Assembly: GCA_964036045.1 (NCBI GenBank)
Contig: OZ038378.1
Location: forward strand, 178,870,001 to 178,934,000
DNA length: 64,000 bases
Reading direction: 5' to 3'
From: Eutreptiella sp. 'Long Island Sound 2002'
Taxonomy: Eukaryota; Protista; Euglenida
The notes under the pieces are model-generated. The model had not been told where the DNA came from. It saw nothing but the letters and a program-made list of their open reading frames with translations, and did not search any database. Below, piece by piece: positions 22,495 through 33,788 of the stretch. The translations under genes were made by a program, and so were the position numbers. The number at the start of each line of letters is the position of its first letter. The first letter of the stretch is position 1.

Positions 22495-22695
22495 TCCCTG
22501 ACCCCAACTCGAGGGGCCACGCAACAAAGCGTGGATTGTGAGTCTCTAACCCCAACTCGAGGGGCCATGCAACAAAGCGTGGATTGTGAGTCCCTAACCC
22601 CAACTCGAGGGGCCACGCAACAAAGCATGGATTGTGAGTCCCTGACCCCAACTCGAGGTGCCATGCAACAAAGCGTGGATTGTGAGTCCCTAACC
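22494..22695. repeat. 48-bp tandem repeat x~4.2
   Basis: Unit gtccctgaccccaactcgaggggccacgcaacaaagcgtggattgtga; in frame with the Ulp1 ORF as a 16-aa repeat. Confidence 0.95.
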
Positions 22696-22904
22696 TAACC
22701 TTAACAAAAAAAAGACTGGGTCCTTAAGGACCGCCCTGCAAAGGGGGACAAAACCAGAAGTGGCTAACCCTGCCTTCTTGGGGGCCCAGAAGAGGGCGGA
22801 AGTGCTACATCACCCCTGCATTCTCGGGGGTCCCCAACGCCAAGCGCGGGAAAGAAATCAGAAGTGGCCCACAGGTGGGCACATTGCCTATAGGCATGCA
22901 TTTT

Positions 22905-23190
22905 CAGTAAAATTGGTAATTGTTTCTTTGCCGTAAGGTCGTGTAATTGTTTTATTTTTGCGGTAAACGCGTGTAGGAAAAAATCGTCACATCGTGTAAA
23001 TTTTGTTTGCGGTAAGTCGTGTAATTTCTTTTTGCGGTAAATGCGCGTAGAAAAAAAAATCGTCTAGTCGTGTAATTTTTTTTTGCGATAATACATGTGA
23101 CGGGCTTACACGACTTACCGGAAAAAAAATTACACAACTAGACGATTTTTTTGTTACACGCATTTACTGCAAAAAAAAAATTGCACGAAT
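22905..23190. repeat. Fold-back block of GCGGTAAGTCGTGTAA units (direct copies followed by inverted copies)
   Basis: 23105-23185 is the reverse complement of the units in 22930-23090 and 20820-20900. Confidence 0.8.
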
Positions 23191-24834
23191 TACAACATAC
23201 ACTGCAAATGTCATCATGGCCAAATGGGCTTCCCTGACAGAAAACCATTCAATACCAAGAGGGAGGTCACGCACCGTGCACACACCGCGTCAGGCAGTTG
23301 AACAACTTCTCCAGGAAATGGTCTACTTTTGAAGCCCTTGTAAATACTGTCCCTTGGTGGAATTTGCTGGAGGAAGAGTGATGGCAGGGTGTGACGGCCC
23401 CCCTTGGGCGAGCTCACATGCAACCAGTGCAGCAATAGGCTGAAAGATGGCAGATTATGGCTCACCAACCCCTGTTCTGCATGTGGCTACACTGCCCAAA
23501 TTCCTTCTGCGGTGTCAGGCACAGTTCTGGGTCAAAGCATAGGTGCCAGCAGAGGTGCCAACTAGCCTCTAAATTAGCTGAAACGGTCCACACTACAACC
23601 TCAGTATACACACTGTGTGTGCACCGCAGTCACACTGCATCTGATACTCCCCCCAAGGCATCGGTTGCACACACAGCACACGTGCACACACAGCACACGC
23701 TTGCCCCAATACAAAACGCAATGCCAAAATCTTTGGTGCAAGCATCGACGGAACCAACACACAGTGTTGCTTGAGGCTGTGATAGAGGGTAAGCAGGTTG
23801 CTGAGATTGTGGAAGGTTGTGTGGGGTTTTTGAAGGTTGTATGGGCATTGACCATTGGAAAAATACTGTTTTTTCCCACTATGGTCACTTTGGTCTGCGG
23901 GCCGGGGGGAGGGGGGGGGTCAACCCCCCCTCTCCTCCTCCAGTGTACGGCCATTCTAATGCTTCCCTACCGCACGTGCAGTCACTGCGCAAGGCCCCTC
24001 GGGGCCGCAGTAAACACCGCCCAGCCTTCTACGAAGCATGGGAAGGGGATCTGGGACAGGTCCAATTTTTTTGTGTTTAGGGTAGCTCTGAAGGACATCC
24101 CCCAGCAATCTTTTTTTACAGAGGTAGCCATGTCTGATTTCCGTTCTACGCAAACAAACAGGAGGATGTAGGAGACCCCATTGTTAAGTAGCCACTCCCT
24201 CAAACAGAGTTCGTAGCTGTGTTTTGCAGGCATCTAATAGAGGACTAGGATCTATGTATTTGAAAGCTTAGTTCATTGAATTGGAGAGCTCCGCTGATTT
24301 TTATCCACAAAATTGCATCATTGTATTTAATTCTGGTTCCAATCCTCCAAAAGCGATATCGAGGACCAGAAGGTTATGGATTACAATTCGCCAATATGAC
24401 CAGGCCTTGGGTTCAAATGCTAATCAGTCCTCGTGTTTCTAGCATGGCCTAGGCTGGTGATCACAATTCCTTTCTGGCGCCTGTAGCCAGATGCCAGTGC
24501 CAGCGTAACATGCGTGGTACCCACCTAGCAGGGGCACCTCGATGCCATGATCGTTCTATGTGGGATTTTCTGGCCTGAAATCAATGTGCAACTAACAGTA
24601 GGCATCAAAATGGAATTCTGCACTGGAATCATATGCATGGGTTGGATTTTGGATTTTGGGTTGTGAAGAGTCATGGAAGGGTGGGTTCAACCCCTGCCTC
24701 TCGTGGTCTTGAAGGAACGTGCACTGGAGGGGTTATGTACGCGACCCCGCCGCAGGGAAGTATTGGAGGGGGGAGGGGGGGCACCCAAAAGTGTGTGCAC
24801 CAAAAATGGCCCAGGCTTCTTAAGGACGCCCCCG

Positions 24835-25000
24835 ATGTCCTACTATTATGCCTAGGTATTTCACATTACCCTTGATACCAATCCCAGGGTGAGTCAGACA
24901 AGAAGTCCTGTAGATCCTTTGGCTAATGGCCCTTGATGAGAAACACTGGTCTAGGTTCAATTCATTCAAGTTGCATTCATCATTGGTGGCAGCATGGGGG
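24835..25000 (-). mobile_element. LINE reverse-transcriptase C-terminal fragment
   Basis: ...LNLDQC...GNVKYLGIIVG resembles the non-LTR RT domain-7 vkYLGi motif. Confidence 0.5.
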
Positions 25001-25692
25001 GCACTCAGGCTCAGACCTGACCCCCCCCCGCCATCCCCACGCACCCAAGAGCCCCCCCCCCCCAGCCCCCAAGCCCCCAAGAGGTTCAAAACTTTGAGGA
25101 GGTCTGGGCCACATTTGGCCTCAACTGCAGCCAGGTTTGGGGGGCTGGATGGGGGAGGCCAAGGGTCAGAAAAAAATTCATGTTTTGCACACATTGTTGG
25201 ATTCCCCATGAAATCCTGAGCATTTTGAGCATACACACAAGAAATGAAAACGAAAATTTGACCCCCCACCATATGCTAAAAACAATTTTCGGCGCCTTCA
25301 GCACCATGGGACCAGACCCCCCAAGTGGCAAAATTTTTTTTCAAAAACCCTACATATTTGAGTTGAGTTTAAAATGATTAGTTCCACGAGGGGATCATTG
25401 TGAGGTATATATGTTGGGTGCCTGGGACCCCAGCCAGGGGGCCCCCCGAGCCCACCCAGGGGACCCCCACCCGTTCCCCCACCCCCCACCCACCCCAACT
25501 CACAGGGCCCAAAAGGTTTGGAGGGGGGGGGGGGGTGTCAGGGTCTGAGCCTGAGTGGCCCCCATGGGTGGCAGTACCGTACAGCTTGTCAGTGCCAATC
25601 ATCCCTCAACAACAAAAGCAGAAAGCCATGGGTCTGGGCACTTATTCTGAATGAGACGCGTCGCAACCGTTGTCCAAGAGTAAAGCAGCAAT

Positions 25693-25746
25693 CACACACA
25701 CACACACACAGACACACACACGCACACACACACACACACACACACA
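25693..25746 (+). repeat. (CA)n microsatellite; another at ~19420-19456
   Basis: Directly visible. Confidence 0.95.
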
Positions 25747-26133
25747 ATTGCTAAGATCCAAAAGCCCCCAAAAGCACCTACTGCACGGAGATGGATCTGT
25801 AAAGTGAAGACAATGTGCCAATGTCAGTTGACGAGACGTGTAAGAAATCCGAGCACATGAACATACATTCACAGGCCACGAGGGGCACTTAGGTATCGCT
25901 CCGGATCCCCCCCCCCCCCGACCTCCCAACCCACGCTAGTCCAGAGCCACCAAAAATTTGGGCACCAAAGGTGCCAGCGAAAATGACATTCAGCACCCCT
26001 AAAACAGGGCGCCAAAGGCACTGCAGCAAAAAGTTTGGACTTTTCTTCACCGCAACAATACATTATCACCGCGATGCTGATGCGGATCATTTTCAGCCGT
26101 GCAAGTGGCAAGGGCGCTGGCAGCCAGGCCGAC

Positions 26134-26471
26134 CTGAACTGCACGTTGTGGCCGTTCAAAAAGTCCACAAGGTCACGGTCGATGGCCTTCATGCCGTGCG
26201 CGGCATCCACCAGAATGTACACGTGCCGCAGCTGACGGCGGTCGGCGAAGTACATGCGCATGAGGTCCAGCCACTCCTGCCGCTTCTGCTCCGTTGCATG
26301 GGCGAAACCGTAGCCTGGCAGGTCCACGAGCGTCAGGGCCTCTTTCAGGCAGTAGAATGTAATGGCCCGTGTCTCCCCTGGCAGCAGCGACGTTGCGGCA
26401 AGGCCCTCCTTGTCAATCACTGCGTTCAGGAGCGTGCTCTTCCCAACATTGGACCGCCCCGCAAAACACAC
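26134..26471 (-). CDS. engB: EngB/YihA-family GTPase, exon 3 (G1-G3)
   Basis: VCFAGRSNVGKS (G1), PGETR (G2), DLPGYG (G3); ttttgcag| acceptor and TTCAG|gtcggc donor. Confidence 0.95.
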
Positions 26472-27169
26472 CTGCAAAATGGCAGGACGCCAACCAGCGG
26501 CAAAATGACAACCGCCACCCGCTACTCAAGGGGGCGAATGAATGAGGGTCCCTAAGGCCGTCCATTGGAATCTGAGAATTACAGGGGAGGCCTCAATATG
26601 GTCAGGTTGCAGTGTCCGCATTAGGCTCTGGCCGCGCCTGCCCCGCGGCTGTCATTGCCTTCTGTCCTTCATGCCAAGGTTCGGCGCTTCCGCTGAGTGT
26701 AAGGGGGGGGACACTTTCGGGCAGGGACACTTTTGTGCGAAAATTTGGCCTTTGGGAGCGCATACTGCAGCGCGCAGGGTGAGGGTAATGAGTTTAAGTA
26801 TGCACTGCCCAGGAAATATACACCGGAACAAAAGGGGGCCGTGCACGTTGATGGGTTGACACCATCGCTCTCTACAGAGGAGAGACTCCTCCCAGTTCAT
26901 CCCCAACTTTCTGCTCGGGTCACGGCACACAGCCGAGGTGTCCCCCCCCCCCCCCCTTGCACAAGCACGCCGAAAGTAAGGAAAACGACGGTCAAACGGG
27001 TCCCGTGCTTGGACAAGGTAGTGCCCACAAGAGGAAACCTAAAGGAGCAATTAGGAAAACAACAGTCAAACAGGCTCTCGTGCTTGGACAAGGCAGTGCT
27101 TGCGCAAGGGGGGGGGGGGGGGTAATTGGGCAAACAAATGCTCTCCATTGCCCGGAATGAAGGAGTGCC

Positions 27170-27330
27170 CATCGTTGTACTCGGCTTGCCATCTTAGGTG
27201 ATCCTTGTTCTTTGGCTTCGGATATGATATAATACCATGCTTTCTTCCGGGGAAACCACCATCAAGTAGGATTACTTCCCCCTTTTTGATCAGGGGGGGC
27301 CACATGTGGGCAAGATGGCTCATAGCCCCT
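27170..27330 (-). mobile_element. PIF/Harbinger (DDE_Tnp_4-like) transposase fragment
   Basis: LLDGGFPGRKHGIISYPKPKNKDHLRWQAEYNDGHS aligns by eye with the 59.2-59.5 kb fragment (G.Y.GR.H.I.P...KN....Q..YND.H). Confidence 0.5.
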
Positions 27331-28589
27331 ACCGTCTTGGGGGTCCCGGACGGCAAGCGCGGGGACTAAATCAGAAGTGGCTACTTGGCCACTACCGTCT
27401 CGGGGGCCCATGCCCTATTGAGTATGGAAAACAAGTGCACCATTTGTGAAGGAGGGAGGCCCAAAAAGGAGAATGTAGCAATAAAATGGGAGAAAAAGTG
27501 GTGTATGGGGGTATACAGTATGTAAAAGGTGTGTGTATGTATGCATGACTTTTCCCCCCGGCATCTAGAATAATTGACCAAACTCGCACCGCAGGGCGCA
27601 CCCCAGGCGCCGCAGCATAAGCACCCGGTCTGGGACCCAACAGTTTGTGTGGCAAAAGTGGCCCAACAAGATTTTCTCTATTTCAAATTTCGTTTTTTCC
27701 CACTCTAGTCACTTTGGTCTGGAGGGGGCGGGGGGTTCAGGGGAGGGGGGGGGTGGGATGACCCTCCTCCTTGTGGGAAACAAAAATAAGTACAGGATTG
27801 ACTGTATCTAGGTTGAAATCGGGCTGATTCCAGGAGGACCTGGGCAGGGCGGGGTGTGTACAAAGGGGGGGGGGGGGGGCAAATTTGCTGAGGGACAATT
27901 TCGACGAAGAAAATTTCGAAAGGGGCAAATTTTGCCACCTCCAAGAATCCTGACGCCTGCTGTTATTTCCTGGTGGGCTCTGGATGGTTCCTCTTATTTC
28001 CTGGTGGGCACTTTCAAAATCTTGGGCAACACGGCATTCCAATGCATTCCAGTCACACCACCACTGCATGTTGCAAACAAACACATCTTTGAACCTTCCC
28101 TCCGCCTGGTACACTGCTGCACATTTCTGAATTCCCAGTACTCACCTGGCATCTGAATTTGCAGTGAAGTTGTTGGTCACATGCCGACCAAAGTTCGCTG
28201 GGGGGAAATTTCGCCACTTTTCTTAACTGTGAAATTTTCCCTGTGAAAATCTCCCCAGCTGAAATTTTCCCCTCCCCTGTATCTGCAGCCCCGGACAGAC
28301 AGCAAGGATCTTTTCAGGCAGGTCTGGGCACGCTTTGAAGGTTGGTGCCTGAGTGCGGAGAGGCCCCTGCCCCCGCCCGTTTTCCTGCCCCCCGTCGCTG
28401 CAGTGTGCCCCCTTTCTTTGAGAATGCTTTGAACCTTCAAGAAGTGCCACCTGCAGAAGATTGCCACGTTTTGCAAGGATTTCATTTGCCCCTCGGGGAC
28501 AGCCCTTGAAGCCAGCGGTTAATTGCCAACTACCAGCAGCCAGCTGCCGGTGGCTAATGGCCAGAATTTCATTCATGCAGTGGGGCAAG

Positions 28590-28725
28590 GGGGGGGATAA
28601 GATTATTTCGCCGGGGAAAATTTCGGAGGGGGGAAATTTCGCCTCCCTTGCAAATCCCAAAGCTTACACACTGCCTCGCGCACACACTGCACTGCCAAAG
28701 CCCCACGGGAAAATTTCTCCACCTT
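28590..28725. repeat. ~140-bp dispersed repeat (second copy at 49415-49560; related GGGAAATTTCGCC motifs at 27880-28270)
   Basis: Both copies share ggagggggaaattt..cgcc.cccttgcaaa.ccca...ttacac..tgcctc.cgcacac.ctgcactgcca. Confidence 0.8.
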
Positions 28726-29733
28726 CTTTAACCCCCCCCCCCCTCCTTTGAGCACAGCCCTGAAACTAGTAACAAACCTACAAACGATGTTGACAAATGT
28801 AACACAGGGCTGAGGGGGGTACCGCACCATCAGTAGAGCGCAGGCGGTGCAATGGCTGCATCATTATGGAAATCCGCCAGCGTTCTACATGTGCCTGCCC
28901 CCAGCACCCGAAACGCTTTCTGCCCAAGGTAGTCCTTGCAGCATCCAGACCCATTGCAGTGCCACAGACTGCAGTGGCGGGAGGGGGTAAAGGCTGAGTA
29001 AGTGTGCCTGATGGTACTTCTGGGGATACACATTGCTTTGAGTCTTTGGGAACAAATTCGAATAAATCGTGAGTGAGAATGGGACAGGTGTCCCTTTGCT
29101 CACAGGCGCTGCTTCTGCCCCTTGGCGCCGCTCGCAAGCGTCACATTCAGATATTCCCATGACAATAAGGTTTAGATGATGTGGGAAATGTAACGCAGGG
29201 CCAGGGGGTTCCGGACGACCCGGGGTGAACTATCAGTGGTGCACAGCAGGGGAAACGGGGGGCCTAAGCCACAAACTTGCTAAGGATGGGCTACCCTTTT
29301 ACAGCACATGCGAAATGGCGGAGAATCAGAGCTCTGTCATGGTCTTGTGTCTTTTCATGGAGGAAGTGTTGTTTCTGTGGTTGTTAGTGCTTATTTTTTG
29401 CGTTGTTCTTGCAGGGGGGGGGGGAGGGGGGTACATGAAATCCCAGGTGTGAAGAAATGAATGGCACAAGGGGTAGTTATGCACAAGGCTCGCCCTCCCA
29501 CGCCCCCTCCAGACATTTGATAGTGCACAGCACAAACTCAAGGCAACATCCAGCACTCCTGCGGCGCAGTTTAAGGGAGACTTCCAGTGGAACACTGTAG
29601 CAATTCAGGGAATGGTGCTTGGCCCCTCCAGCCCCCCCCCCAAAAAAAACCCATGCCAACGGGCAACAATGAGGAAGAACGTTTTTGCCGACTCAGGAAC
29701 AAGCATCCCAGGGCTATCCAAGAGGCTATCCAA

Positions 29734-30088
29734 GAGCGTGTTGTTGCACTGCGTCCGCATCGCGTCCGCACCGTGGCAACTATGAGTGGTCAAACACCGG
29801 TGCACCAAGATGCACTCACCCAAACAGCCCATAGAACCCTAGGGCTTTGTTGCAAGCACGAAGCCCGTCTTCGTAGGTTTTTTTTCATGGTTGCCATGGG
29901 GCCCAATCACGCACATGGGTATAAGGCGTGGGGGCCGATCACGCACATGGTGGTAATAAATCTCAGAAGCTTCTGGGTAGTTTTTGTCTTTTCCTGGAGG
30001 CCTTTTGATGGTTGCAACTATCACCGGGAGGGTCCCCAGATATACCCAAAGTTTGCACCGTGCGCGGACCGTGGCAAGAGCGCCCTCC
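29734..30088. repeat. ~310-350-bp interspersed element, copy 3
   Basis: Homologous to 13505-13814, with a ~50-bp internal insertion. Confidence 0.9.
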
Positions 30089-30252
30089 AAGGGTCGTGTC
30101 TTCTCCAAAACAGGGACCCCAAGAAGGCAACACCCACGGAGCAAAATGTTCAGCGCCAACACTGTGCTTTCGTTGCACCTGCCCCACTCCTCAACCTCCG
30201 GCTGCACCTCCCCCAGCAGTGCCACAGCTCAACTCTGGACACTGGCACACAC

Positions 30253-30447
30253 CTCCGGCACTTTGCCCTGAGGAAACTGCTCCGGGTGCAGCGCCTCAAC
30301 TCTGGTGACGGTGGGGTTTCGCCGACGCTTGCGCTGGGCCTTGTTGACATTCCCGAACAAGACCTCCGCGCGTGGCGTCGCGCGTGCAAGCGCAATCTGG
30401 TCCAGCTGCTGCCGGCGCTTCTCTTTGGACTGCTTCCCGGCGTTGGC
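30253..30447 (-). CDS. engB: EngB/YihA-family GTPase, exon 2
   Basis: ccttgccag|GCC...GAG|gtgtgt, 195 bp, phase 0/0. Joining gives the family-typical KVPE-VCFAGRSNVGKS. Confidence 0.9.
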
Positions 30448-30659
30448 CTGGCAAGGTGACAACAGTCAAACACAGACAACATCAGGCGAATGCATACACC
30501 ATCAACAGGAACCAGGCTGAAGGCCAAGGGTGTCAAATGGGGAACCTCCACATGCACACAGAGCACTGCCAGATCAAACACAAAACATGCAGGGCAGTAC
30601 CAAACAGTTTACCCCCCCCCCCCCTTACGCAAGCACGGCCGCGGTCCCAGAGGTCAGGC

Positions 30660-30981
30660 CAAAACGGCGGTTCAACGCCCACCCCGTGCTTAGACAAGGC
30701 CGTGCTTGCGCGTGACACATGTGACAGCCAGACCGGGAATAACATTGTTAGCCATGGCTGAAAATCACATCAGAACAAACAGCATGGGATTGCAATGTGT
30801 AGTACAATGTTGTTATGAACAGAATGCACCATCACAGACATGAATGAGCCCCTCTTTCCCTGTACAAACGCTCTACAGACACCCAATCCTCCATTCTGGA
30901 CCACAGAAACAGCGGTCCCAAAATTTCCTCAAAACGGCGGTTCAACGCCCACCCCGTGCTTAGACAAGGCCGTGCATGCGC
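30660..30981. repeat. 52-bp near-identical direct repeats (30660-30711 and 30930-30981); related motifs at ~26990-27110
   Basis: caaaacggcggttcaacgcccaccccgtgcttagacaaggccgtgc(t/a)tgcgc occurs twice. Confidence 0.9.
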
Positions 30982-32298
30982 AAGGGAGGGGGGGGGGGGG
31001 GTACGAAGTAGAGTGAAGGCTTTGTCCGAGTTTCTCTGTGTACTGTAAGCTATTTTTGTGAAGACGGCATGTCTGGCAGCCCAAGATCTAACCCCTTGTA
31101 AAATCCTTCTCTTCTCGTCAGGGCCCCACCGACCCCCACCCTCCCAGGGAGGCCGATGCCCTAAGGCAGACTGTGCACTGCAACACCTCCTGTCCGATGT
31201 GCCATGGTGGGCAAATTGTGTGCAGCCCCTCCAGGATGGGCTGCGCACAGCACTTGGCCTTTGCATTGGCCAGAGGGTGTCTTGTGCAAATGATATGCAC
31301 AAATGATAGACCCCCTCTGGCCAATGCACTATGGCAGGCAAAGTGTGTGCACACCCAAAAACCACTATCCGATCCGCGATGGTAGGCCCTCGGTTGCGAT
31401 GGGCAAAAATTGTTGGGTTTTGACGTCCCTTGCCTGCACGCCAATCGGTCACGGGCTACACCACGCTGCCTACCCCGGTACAGGCCGTGAAGGGAAGGCT
31501 GGCCCATGCGTCAAGGGCTTGGTACGCAGGGCTGCCCACCACCCTTGGGATTGCCACCATCCAGCATGGCCAAACAGGCCGCTCCGCGTGTGTGCTGCCA
31601 CGAGCCACCTTCAGGTCCTTAGTTGTTCCACCCCTCTCCCACCCTTCTAGGTTCCCCCTTGTATCCACCTCCACTCTTGTCCCTTCCCTGGTGACCCTCC
31701 CCACCTCATTCTCCCTTTCCTTTCCCTCTTGTTGTTTCAGATCCTCGCATTGTGAGCACGCAACACACTACGGTACATGCAGACAGGTCCCTTGCTAGAA
31801 ATGCTCAAGCTGCATGACAACATGGGAGCGCTGTGAGACATTCCCCCCCTCATCTCCCCTCATCCCCTCCACCTCCTCTTATCATCACCTCCTCCCCTCG
31901 TCTCCCCTTCGCCAAAACCTCCTGTCCCATGCACTACGTTCTATGCAAGCGGAACAGCATCTACCATTCCAGCCGATGGGGAAAGCAGCCAGTGAGCATT
32001 TTGTGTGCGAGCCGCCCGCAGGATGTCAGATGCTGATGGCATCTCAGTGCAGATCTGGGGCAAGAGACCGTGTGTGCTGTCTGGCCTATGCCAAGGAACA
32101 GTGTATGCTGTGTGCAACGTGTGTTGGATCAGGCGAGGACAAAGGGAGGATCCGGAATTTCGGGGCCCTTGAAGAGAAGAATTTAATGGGGGGCCGGGGG
32201 GTGGCCCACGATCATTCGCAAACGCTTGAGTTCATGCGGATTGCTCTGCCTGATGTCTCTGATGGTCAAAGGGATATTTCATGTACAGAGGCCCGGAC

Positions 32299-32553
32299 CT
32301 GTCGGATCTTGTGACGGATTTCTGGCAACACCGGGATCTGCCGGAACTTCTTACGCTTGCTCATGAGCCCCTCCTTCGGGGCATTCTGTCGCAAATGCCA
32401 CTGGACGGGCCCGCCAGTGGCCTCAGCAGCGGCGACGGGGTCGACAGTGTATGTCCGGCATGGCACGGGTTTGGAAGGGTGCCATGTTGGGGGGCCGCAG
32501 CGGAAGATCGCCTGGGGCCCCCGCAGGCACCAGGAGACCAGAGGCCGGAGCAT
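32299..32553 (-). CDS. engB: EngB/YihA-family GTPase, exon 1 with a probable mitochondrial-type presequence
   Basis: ATG at 32553 (MLRPLVSWCLRGPQAIFRCG..., R-rich, no acidic residue in the first ~37 aa), CAG|gtccgg donor, and an upstream gttttgtttctcag that suits a trans-splice acceptor. Confidence 0.85.
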
Positions 32554-33788
32554 CAGTCCATGGCACAGGAGATACAACTGTGGCCTGAGAAACAAAACAA
32601 AACAAATGGACCCTCAAACCAGCCCTCTGCCATTCGCAGATGTGAAGAAAATGGGGAAAGAGGGGTGATTTCCGTCGAAATAAGGGTGAATTTTTGGTGC
32701 CCATGGAACGCTCTGTTTCTGGAAAATTCACACCTTTTTATGGAAATCTTGAGATCCAGCTTAAGGGGTGCAATAGAAATGGGGGTGACCTGGAGTTGAG
32801 CAAAGGAAGGTAACCCTCACGCAGTCGTTTGGCACAAGCAATACAAGCATTGCTGCAAATCAACAGAAAATTTGGTATCGACACCGAACCTTCCAATAGA
32901 TAGTGACAGAATCCGACAAATGATTCAATCCCCTCATGGAACATATATGGAACATACATGTGTGTCAAACTCAACGTGGACATTTCGAAACAAAGACAAT
33001 CGCTACAAAAGAGCGCACTGGAGCGCAATCTGAGAAGAAATGTAAAAAAATTTTCCTCTCAAGACACAACCTATAAACGCAGGGCGCTACTCAATGAGAC
33101 ACCACATATTAAGAGGCAATCAGAAACTAACGCACTCCTTTTTCTTTGGCCGCCGTGGAAACCTACTATACACATCAATACAGCAAGGTAGATGAAATAC
33201 AGCTGCGACCAAAGAATTCAAAGAACGATCATCTTTGCACATTACTGGCGTCGCCAGTAGAAATTATCTACCCAAGCAATAATTGATTGTTTTGCAAATG
33301 GTCCCACGGGGCGGCAGCCACAGGTTAGCCTAGAGATTGTGGGACTCATCAGCCTAATTACAAATACCAGGCTAACTAAGCAACTCAACAACCAAGCAAG
33401 CGTCCTTGTTTACAACCCACACGTGACACAGGCTCAAAGGTCGTTTACCTTGTGGCTTATTCCCCCCACACATGTGTCCAGCAAACAACAAAGTCCCCAA
33501 ATAAACAGTCTGAGCACCAAGTGTTCATTGGACAAGCCATTCAGTGCGCGCGGCCAGGTGCAAGTAGAGAGTCAGTCATGGTGGGCAATAGAGGTCCGAA
33601 AGTTGAGGGTTCCCAGAACCTTTCATCCTGTTGTGCATTTTTTACAAACATCATTGCAAAACATAACATTCCCTTGTTTCCCCAATCATCCAGCCTAATT
33701 CATGTACTCGGTACCTGATGAATTTGGGTACCAAATGAATACCGTCTGAACACCAAGTGTTCGTTGGACAAGCCGTTCACTGGACACG

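Noticed and set aside
22686-22706. ccctaacctaaccttaac telomere-like sequence
   Set aside because: Fewer than three imperfect units; it is the decayed end of the 48-bp repeat.
24360-24430. Possible tRNA-like segment with GGTTCAAATGC
   Set aside because: B-box is imperfect and there is no convincing A-box or stems.
28778-29160. Possible RNase H-like relic (CNGSG...GAG)
   Set aside because: Catalytic residues are not identifiable and the frame is broken.
32551-32561. Mini uORF ATG GAC TGA overlapping the EngB start (ATGGACTGATG)
   Set aside because: Two codons only; easily arises by chance and may lie upstream of the real SL-addition site.
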